Shown: piece after piece, positions 8,681 through 15,450 of the stretch
How positions within the stretch are numbered: the stretch's first letter is position 1
How the letters are laid out: each line of letters begins with the position of its first letter
Source of the DNA: an uncultured archaeon
GTDB taxonomy: Archaea; Asgardarchaeota; Thorarchaeia; Thorarchaeales; Thorarchaeaceae
DNA: 32,000 bases
Direction of reading: 5' to 3'
Assembly: GCA_964354495.1 (NCBI GenBank)
Contig: CAYHAA010000004.1
Location: 60,001-92,000, forward strand
The notes under the pieces: generated by a model
What the model was told of the DNA's origin: nothing
Database searches by the model: none
What the model saw: the letters and a program-made list of their open reading frames with translations, nothing else
Made by a program: the position numbers and the translations under genes

Positions 8681-9547
8681 CTACAATCGTTCGCCATTCT
8701 CAGGAGTGTCTACATGATCTTCAGAAGTGAGCGATGGCGGGCCGCCTATAGGCTGGTGGAGAGTTCCCTCTTTGGTTTCAGGCCCCCGTGGGATTGCCTT
8801 TCCGTGTACCCAGATTGTATCTGATGGAATTGTTGTGTCTTTTGGAACAACGGTATTAGCACCGACAATCACATTATCGCCAATGTTAGCGCCGGGGAGG
8901 ATGACAGCATTAGCTCCGACAGTAACATTGTTGCCCAATCTGACTGTCTGGAGGTAGAGCCGCCTACCCTCATACACATGGCCACTCAATATTGCATTGT
9001 AGCCGAAGAAGCAATTGTCCCCGATGATAGTCCGCTCAGGGTTGAATAGACGACCATTACCAACAATTGTACTCCTGCCAATCTTTGTGCCAAAGGCTTG
9101 GTGTCGAGGCCTTGTGTCTAGGAACACTGAGAAGAACCCAGCGAAGTATGGAAACAGGACGTAGTATACCTCGTAGTATTCGTAGAGCAGCCAGGCCTCT
9201 GAATCAGCATCATAGTAACCATCTTCCAGAAACGGAATGGCCCGTCGAGAGAGTTTGAACGTCCCAAGTAAGAATCCGAGAAACACTGCATAGCAAGTCA
9301 GACCTACAGGGACAAAGAGCACAAAGACCCAGAAGTATTGGATAACAAGTGGATCGAAGGTTCCAGTGAGCAGCGGATATGCCAACTCATAGAGTGTTGC
9401 AAAGGGAAAACCAAGACTATTCAAGAAATTAGTGAAATGCAGCAGGAAATAACCAAACAGTAGAATTGCAGGAATTGCTGCAATCGTCAGGCTCACCATG
9501 ATAGAGAGTACCATGTAGGCAGTATATGCAAGTGACCTGGTTCTCAT
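8681..9547 (-). CDS. Membrane protein with left-handed beta-helix (hexapeptide-repeat acyltransferase-like) domain
   Basis: Several N-terminal TM segments followed by hexapeptide repeats (TKIGRSTIVG, TIIGDNCFFG, VRLGNNVTVGANAVILPGANIGDNVIVGANTVV). Confidence 0.82.
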   Translation of the reverse strand: MRTRSLAYTAYMVLSIMVSLTIAAIPAILLFGYFLLHFTNFLNSLGFPFATLYELAYPLLTGTFDPLVIQYFWVFVLFVPVGLTCYAVFLGFLLGTFKLSRRAIPFLEDGYYDADSEAWLLYEYYEVYYVLFPYFAGFFSVFLDTRPRHQAFGTKIGRSTIVGNGRLFNPERTIIGDNCFFGYNAILSGHVYEGRRLYLQTVRLGNNVTVGANAVILPGANIGDNVIVGANTVVPKDTTIPSDTIWVHGKAIPRGPETKEGTLHQPIGGPPSLTSEDHVDTPENGERL

Positions 9548-9690
9548 AGTCTACACTTCGGGAAACCCTTAGTTATGTGATTTAGTATTATGTTTTGTTA
9601 AAGGGCAAAGTAAAGTGCTCTTCTCAACAGACCTTTTAGAAAGAGATATAGAGAGTCCTTTGAAATCGCACAACTATCTGACTAGGAGAC

Positions 9691-10926
9691 ATGACCATGG
9701 GTTACGACATAATCGTGGTTGGCACAGGTCCTGCGGGACTGATGACCGCTGAGCGTGCATCCATGCAAGGACTGAAGACGCTAGTACTGGAGAAACGTGC
9801 TGCTGCAACAGACTCGTTGATGGGGGAGCTCGTGACAGACAATGCGCTGAATCTTCTCAGAGTCAAGCCAGACTCCGAATATGTCGGGAACAAGTTCACT
9901 TCGATTGTTGGAGAGAGCCTTGATACAGGATCAAACATCGTAGTCGATAGGACCCTTCTTGGTAATTCCTTCCTCCTTGATGAGCATAACTGCAAAGAGC
10001 TCATGCGAGATAGAGCTCTGGCGGATGGTGCAGAGTTCAGATACAATAGTAGTGTCAAGTCAGTTGTCAAAGAAGGAAACACGGTGGTCGGCGTCAAATA
10101 CAACAGCAACGACGAAGACAGAGCGGGCCTATCTGTGGGTGCAGATGGCTCCTTCAGCAAGGTCTCAGAAACTGCGGGCTTTACTCACCCAAAGTGGCTT
10201 CTCAGCTACGGGCACAGATTCAAGCTTGCAAACTGCAAGAGTATTGACCCGAACGTCGCATACTTCTATGTTGGCAAGGACGTCGGACTCGGATACCTTT
10301 GGCTATACCCAAGATCTGAAACCGAAGTGAATCTCGGAATTGGAAGGGTGCCGTCATCAAAAGTGAACTGGCACAGCCTGCCACCAATGCAGGATGTACT
10401 CAGGAAATATATGAAGACACATCCTGAAACCGCGAACGCCAAGATTGTTTCTGTCAATGGAGGTGTCGTTCCCTGCGCAGGAATCATACCAGGATTCACT
10501 GATGCAGGCGTAGCACTCTGTGGGAACGCAGCAGGTCAGGTCTCGTCGATAGTGGGGGGTGGTGTCACGACATGTCTTCATGCGGGACAAGTTCTGGCGA
10601 AACATGCAAAGAGAATGGTAGACAGCAATGACTTCACCAAGAAGAGCGTGTACCTCTATGAGAAGGAGTACAGGAGGTCCAAACTCGCCTCGAACATCAC
10701 TAACACTGGAAAGGGAATGTGGGCAGTATCCAAGTACTCTATGCTCAATGACCCAATTGCCGCAGCTGAGATTGTGCTTGGAGAGCTTGATGCGAGAACG
10801 CTCAATGAGCTTATCCAAGGTCATGCGAGCATTGCTACGTACATGACACTCATGACGGGCTTCTTGCCAATGGTAGTAAAAATCGGAGTCGGATACCTGA
10901 AAGCAATCGCGATGACAAGCCTTTAG
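9691..10926 (+). CDS. Geranylgeranyl reductase family FAD-dependent oxidoreductase
   Basis: DIIVVGTGPAG, VGADG, GYLWLYP (the PxxYxWxFP-type GGR motif) and GNAAGQVSSIVGGG. Start at 9691 or 9697. Confidence 0.85.
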   Translation: MTMGYDIIVVGTGPAGLMTAERASMQGLKTLVLEKRAAATDSLMGELVTDNALNLLRVKPDSEYVGNKFTSIVGESLDTGSNIVVDRTLLGNSFLLDEHNCKELMRDRALADGAEFRYNSSVKSVVKEGNTVVGVKYNSNDEDRAGLSVGADGSFSKVSETAGFTHPKWLLSYGHRFKLANCKSIDPNVAYFYVGKDVGLGYLWLYPRSETEVNLGIGRVPSSKVNWHSLPPMQDVLRKYMKTHPETANAKIVSVNGGVVPCAGIIPGFTDAGVALCGNAAGQVSSIVGGGVTTCLHAGQVLAKHAKRMVDSNDFTKKSVYLYEKEYRRSKLASNITNTGKGMWAVSKYSMLNDPIAAAEIVLGELDARTLNELIQGHASIATYMTLMTGFLPMVVKIGVGYLKAIAMTSL

Positions 10927-10941
10927 CTCAAAGAGCTTGAA

Positions 10942-11070
10942 ACAGGGACAACCCCCCCCCCCCACGCCACCGTGCTTCGTATACCGGTGTTCTTACCGGC
11001 ACGCCCTGTACCATGCTGCCGTGGATTACCTTAAGGGAATCCACCCCGGTAGCAGCACTTAGCCGCAGCC
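10942..11070 (-). ncRNA. Candidate structured non-coding RNA of unknown family
   Basis: GC-rich island between convergent genes with nested stems read by eye: GUGCUGC/GCAGCAU, GUGGAUU/AAUCCAC, CGUGC/GCACG, CGGU/ACCG, ACAGGG/CCCUGU. G-U pairs favour the minus strand. TATATT lies about 30 nt upstream of the first G. Confidence 0.5.
10952..10963 (+). repeat. Poly-C homopolymer (12 nt)
   Basis: Counted directly: C x12. Confidence 0.9.
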
Positions 11071-11141
11071 TTTACTATTATCGAACTTTACTTGAATATA
11101 GCTCGTCAGACTCTGGAAAACGAGTTCTGATAACACTGACC

Positions 11142-12251
11142 TCATAGCCCAGATAGGGAGCTTACGGTAGTCGACGCTTGCTCTACTACCCAAGTCTTGT
11201 CCTTTGAGAGTGTCACAAATATGTCATCACAGGCTGCCTGAAAATCCTCATACAGCCCATACTCGCCTCCAGCGGCATATGGATGACCACCGCCATTAAA
11301 GAACTTCGCCGCCATGTTACACAATACAGTTTCTCGTCCTCTCCGTATTCCGAGCATTCCGCCTAGGCTCAACATGAGAAGTAAATCTGCAACCTCCAAA
11401 GACTCACCATCAAACCTCAGATTCTCAGGATCAGAAGCAAACGTGCCCATATCCGTGGAGGTCAGGCCATTGGGAATCTCAACTATCCGAACAAGTCGAT
11501 TATAGAGAACATGGTCACTATGTCCTGCAAGCGCCTTTCGCATCTTCTTAGCTTTCTCTTTCCGATAATGGTCAACACGTTTGTCTAGTAGTTGGTCCCT
11601 GAACTTCTTGTTTGCATCATCCCAGACTCCGACCACTCCACTCTCGGCAAGCTTTGAGAGGACTGGATAGAGTGCGTCTAGAACCTCTTCACCTTTATCA
11701 ATGGCTCCGAATCGAAGGACTGACACAGCATCAGTAAGCGCGTTAGCAGCAGGTATCTCCCTGAGATTAAAATCGGTATCGTGAGCGATTCTTGCAAGCT
11801 CAGCACAGACTTCATCGCGGGGCATCAAGACCTTCTGTGCTATCTCGGCTGCACAGTAGTCATGGTTAATCTTCAATACGGGTCTGTTGGGAAGTGAGAG
11901 TATAGCTTTGATTGACTGTTCAGACCATTGGTGATGATCTAACCAGACTAGGCGGCATCCCTGAGTCAATGCACGTGAGAGACCCTTGATAATGACGTCT
12001 TGCGTTGTTTCATCCATTCCAAGGTCGGTGACAACAATCAGTGTATCACGACGTGACGCAACTCCCGAGAACACCTGCTCGAACGCACCATAGTCAGTGA
12101 GATTCACACTGAACTCAAGCGTTTTTGACTTAGCGTACCTCCACACGATAGCAGCCGATGCTAATCCGTCAACATCCTTATCGTGGGAGAATGAGAGGAG
12201 AGAAGTAATCCTCTTTGTTTCTGCAGACCCGCTTTCTTGTCCTTCAGCCAT
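11142..12251 (-). CDS. DHH-family phosphoesterase (NrnA/RecJ-like)
   Basis: SHDKDVDG, VTDLG, LDHH, AHDTD and C-terminal GGGHPYAAG. Confidence 0.88.
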   Translation of the reverse strand: MAEGQESGSAETKRITSLLSFSHDKDVDGLASAAIVWRYAKSKTLEFSVNLTDYGAFEQVFSGVASRRDTLIVVTDLGMDETTQDVIIKGLSRALTQGCRLVWLDHHQWSEQSIKAILSLPNRPVLKINHDYCAAEIAQKVLMPRDEVCAELARIAHDTDFNLREIPAANALTDAVSVLRFGAIDKGEEVLDALYPVLSKLAESGVVGVWDDANKKFRDQLLDKRVDHYRKEKAKKMRKALAGHSDHVLYNRLVRIVEIPNGLTSTDMGTFASDPENLRFDGESLEVADLLLMLSLGGMLGIRRGRETVLCNMAAKFFNGGGHPYAAGGEYGLYEDFQAACDDIFVTLSKDKTWVVEQASTTVSSLSGL

Positions 12252-12342
12252 TTTGCGTTCGTCTTGTTGTTGAACATATGCCTTTTTTCTCTTCTGGAAA
12301 ATACCGGGGAGATACGAAAGTGTTTTTTGACGCAGAGTAAGA

Positions 12343-14214
12343 ATGAGGAACGGGATGAACGACTCTCAACATAGGACCATGATGAGCGGCAATGAGGCAA
12401 TTGCTCGCGGAGCAATAGAGGCAGGGATTGGATTCTGTTCCTCCTACCCAGGAACTCCAGCAACCGAGATTGCAGCAGAATTGTTTGATCTTGCGGATAA
12501 GCACGATATCTATGTAGAATGGAGCACAAATGAAAAAGTAGCACTTGAGGCTGCCGCTGGAGCCAGCTGGGCAGGGATTCCCGCTTTGTGCTCGATGAAA
12601 TCGCTCGGCCTCAATGTGGCTTCCGATTTTCTTCTTAACGTGAATCTCTCGGGCACAGGAAAGGGGGGGCTTGTCATTGTGGTATGCGATGATCCGAGAG
12701 GGCACAGTTCCAGCAACGAACAGGACTCCAGATTCTATGCAAAGGCTGCCCAAATCCCGTTGCTAGAACCTTCAACATATCAAGAGGCAAAGGATGTCAC
12801 ACGATTTGCATTCAGACTCTCCCAGCAGTTCGAAATACCAGTCATAGTGAGGAGTACCACAAGGCTCTCTCACTCCCGAGGGCTGGTCAAGAAAGGGATG
12901 GTTTCAAAGAGGAAGAAGACAGCCAGTGCTCTACCTGAGAAACTGTACAATGTACCCATGCCGCACTTGAGGCATAGAGACCTGTTAGAGAAGATGGACA
13001 GAGTCGTCGCGGAGTTTGACACATCAGGTCTTAACTCGCATGACAACATAGAAGATATGGAACTACTGGTCATCTCAAGTGGCATCTGCTCAATGTATGT
13101 GCAGGAGGCTTTACACCTTCTCGAGTCCACGAAGACGGGGCATCTGAACATCGTGACGACACATCCATTGCCTAAGAAGACTATAACTAGTCTGCTCGAA
13201 AAGGCCAATCGAGTTCTCTTCGTGGAGGAAACTGACCCCTTCGTAGAAGATGAAGTCAGATCTCTTTCGGCGGACCTTGAGGAACTACCAGCGTTTTATG
13301 GCAAGCGGACAGGACACGTTCCAAGTTACGGAGAGATGAATACAGATACTGTCAAAGCAGCCATTGGAAGGATAGATGGAACTAGTGTGGATGAGAAACG
13401 ACTTGGACAGGCAGCAGGAGCAGACCTACTCATCAATAGACCCTTGAGCTTCTGTGCCGGATGTACCCATCGTAATTTCTATTGGGCCATCCGAAAAGTC
13501 AAGAAGAGGAGGGGTGGAAAACTTGTGGTTGCAGGTGATATTGGTTGCTACTCACTCGGTGTATTCTATGATGAGGCTATGAACACTATGCAGGCAATGG
13601 GTTCTGGGATTGGAGTGGCCTGTGGCCTCAGCAAACTTGAGAGATTCGGTTTTGATTCCAAGATTGTTGCTGTTGCAGGCGATTCAACATTCTTCCATGC
13701 TTGCTTACCAGGACTAGTCAATGCAAGACATAAGAACGCCAATCTCACCTTTGTCATTCTGGACAATGCAACGACTGCAATGACTGGCTTCCAGACACAT
13801 CCCGGATCCCGCCATCAAGCGGAGGGCCTCAGACGAGTGGAGATAGAGGGTATTGTGAAGGCTCTGCAGCCAGACGTCTATGCCAAAGGAAACGCGAATG
13901 ATATCAAAGGTCTTATTGACCTCCTTCACTCGACTATCAACAAAGACGGTTTGAAGGTTCTTCTTCTGGATAGCATCTGTAGGCTTGATCGGGACACAAG
14001 AAACCAAGAATCAAAGAATGGTGCATTCCTAGTAGATCCGGAAATCTGTAGAGGTGAGAAATGTAGAATATGCTTTGCGGACTTCGGTTGTCCCGCAATC
14101 AGTTGGGACAGCGCAATAGGGCAACCGGTCATTTTGGATTCAATGTGTGCCAGATGCGGAGCCTGTGTTGATGTCTGTCCTCACGATGCAATCAGGGGAG
14201 AGAGATTACAATGA
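12343..14214 (+). CDS. iorA: Indolepyruvate:ferredoxin oxidoreductase alpha subunit
   Basis: MSGNEAIARGA, YPGTPATEI, EWSTNEKVALE, DDP..HSS.NEQDSR, FCAGCTHR, GDIGCY, GDSTFFH...LDN and a C-terminal ferredoxin (CARCGACVDVCP). Start may be at a downstream ATG. Confidence 0.95.
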   Translation: MRNGMNDSQHRTMMSGNEAIARGAIEAGIGFCSSYPGTPATEIAAELFDLADKHDIYVEWSTNEKVALEAAAGASWAGIPALCSMKSLGLNVASDFLLNVNLSGTGKGGLVIVVCDDPRGHSSSNEQDSRFYAKAAQIPLLEPSTYQEAKDVTRFAFRLSQQFEIPVIVRSTTRLSHSRGLVKKGMVSKRKKTASALPEKLYNVPMPHLRHRDLLEKMDRVVAEFDTSGLNSHDNIEDMELLVISSGICSMYVQEALHLLESTKTGHLNIVTTHPLPKKTITSLLEKANRVLFVEETDPFVEDEVRSLSADLEELPAFYGKRTGHVPSYGEMNTDTVKAAIGRIDGTSVDEKRLGQAAGADLLINRPLSFCAGCTHRNFYWAIRKVKKRRGGKLVVAGDIGCYSLGVFYDEAMNTMQAMGSGIGVACGLSKLERFGFDSKIVAVAGDSTFFHACLPGLVNARHKNANLTFVILDNATTAMTGFQTHPGSRHQAEGLRRVEIEGIVKALQPDVYAKGNANDIKGLIDLLHSTINKDGLKVLLLDSICRLDRDTRNQESKNGAFLVDPEICRGEKCRICFADFGCPAISWDSAIGQPVILDSMCARCGACVDVCPHDAIRGERLQ

Positions 14215-14831
14215 GAGAACCCTTCAATATTCTCGTGGCCGGTGTAGGAGGGCAGGGAAACCTTGTCTGTGGAAGGGTACTGGCAGATGCTGCAATACGA
14301 CAAGGCCTACAACCAGTAGTTGGTGATACCTTTGGGGCATCGCGACGAGGAGGCAGCGTCTTGACGCACCTTCGTATTGGAACCAGGGACTGGGCACCAC
14401 TTATCCCCAAGGGAGAAGTCGATATCTTGCTCGGACTTGAGCCATTGGAGGCATTCAGAGCAGCCGCGGAGTACGCAGGGGGACGCACCATAGCCATAAC
14501 CAGTCTTACTAAGGTTCCAACAGCGGACATTAACTCTGGAGAGATTGAGTATCCACCACTAGAGAGAATCTCAGCAGCACTTGCAGGACTCTGCAGGCAG
14601 GTATACATGCTTGACACAGATGCAGCACTTTCCCGAATCGGTTCTCCTCGTGTGCTGAATTCCTTCATGTTGGGTTCTATGTCAAGTCTTCCACAAAGCC
14701 CTCTGACTCGAACCAACATTCGAAAGTCCCTGCAAGCACTTCTGGGCTCTGAGGCGGCCAATTTGGCCGCCTTTGATGAGGGAGTTAATGTGCTTCAAGC
14801 AAATCAGAGCATGACCAGAAGCGCTTTTTAG
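14211..14831 (+). CDS. iorB: Indolepyruvate:ferredoxin oxidoreductase beta subunit
   Basis: ILVAGVGGQG, GASRRGGSVLTHLRIG, LLGLEPLEA; ATGA overlap with iorA. Confidence 0.93.
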   Translation: MREPFNILVAGVGGQGNLVCGRVLADAAIRQGLQPVVGDTFGASRRGGSVLTHLRIGTRDWAPLIPKGEVDILLGLEPLEAFRAAAEYAGGRTIAITSLTKVPTADINSGEIEYPPLERISAALAGLCRQVYMLDTDAALSRIGSPRVLNSFMLGSMSSLPQSPLTRTNIRKSLQALLGSEAANLAAFDEGVNVLQANQSMTRSAF

Positions 14832-14911
14832 GGTGTTTGCACGGAATCCGAATTGGTGGAGTTCCTAGAATCCTCTGCAGAACCGCTAATCGGGAAAGAG
14901 CAGGACTGACC

Positions 14912-15358
14912 ATGAGCAAAAGAAAGAAGAGCAAGTCAATTGAGGATGTTACAGTTTCAGAACTACTTGATGATTTTGTGAGCCTGGAGGAACCCGACAA
15001 TCGTTACGAATCAACAGAGGTGACCGACGAGGACTATGTGACGTCCATGCTCAAGAAAGATGCAAAGAAGACACTAGCCAAGTACAGAAAGGAACCGGAA
15101 ACTTCCGCCAACGAGAGGTCGGAAGAGAAGAACACACCCATCAAGAGAAAGAAGAGAGAGGATGCACCTGTACTGTCTGAGAGACTATCTCCCATGAGGA
15201 GATGTCAAAGCTGCTACTTCTGCGTGGCAGTCCGTACTGTCGGTGGTTCAAGCTGGTGTAACTGCACAAATCCCGGCAGGTCAACTGAAGGGAGCCCTGA
15301 AAAGCGATGGATAAAGAGTAGACTCAATCTACTCTGTTGGAAGACAAAGCAGCAGTAG
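14912..15358 (+). CDS. Hypothetical protein, charged N-terminus and Cys-rich C-terminus
   Basis: ATG 14912 (MSKRKKSK); C-terminal CQSCYFC...WCNC...CW. Confidence 0.65.
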   Translation: MSKRKKSKSIEDVTVSELLDDFVSLEEPDNRYESTEVTDEDYVTSMLKKDAKKTLAKYRKEPETSANERSEEKNTPIKRKKREDAPVLSERLSPMRRCQSCYFCVAVRTVGGSSWCNCTNPGRSTEGSPEKRWIKSRLNLLCWKTKQQ

Positions 15359-15450
15359 GCTACATCACTCACATCTTGAAGTAATAGCAGTCCGTAGCAA
15401 GACTCTGGACTGATTCGCATTACCAGCACACGCGAAGACTAAGCATGCAC

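Noticed and set aside
10357-10965. 202-aa minus-strand ORF and other long antisense ORFs (for example 9702-10160, 14192-14761, 453-869)
   Set aside because: They are shadows of well-supported genes on the opposite strand and carry no family motifs.
10942-11070. Identification of the structured region as 5S rRNA, tRNA-Sec/Pyl, SRP RNA or SECIS
   Set aside because: It lacks the 5S loop C (CCGAAC), a T-loop or anticodon arm, the SRP helix-8 motif and SECIS GA quartets. It is kept only as an unknown RNA candidate.
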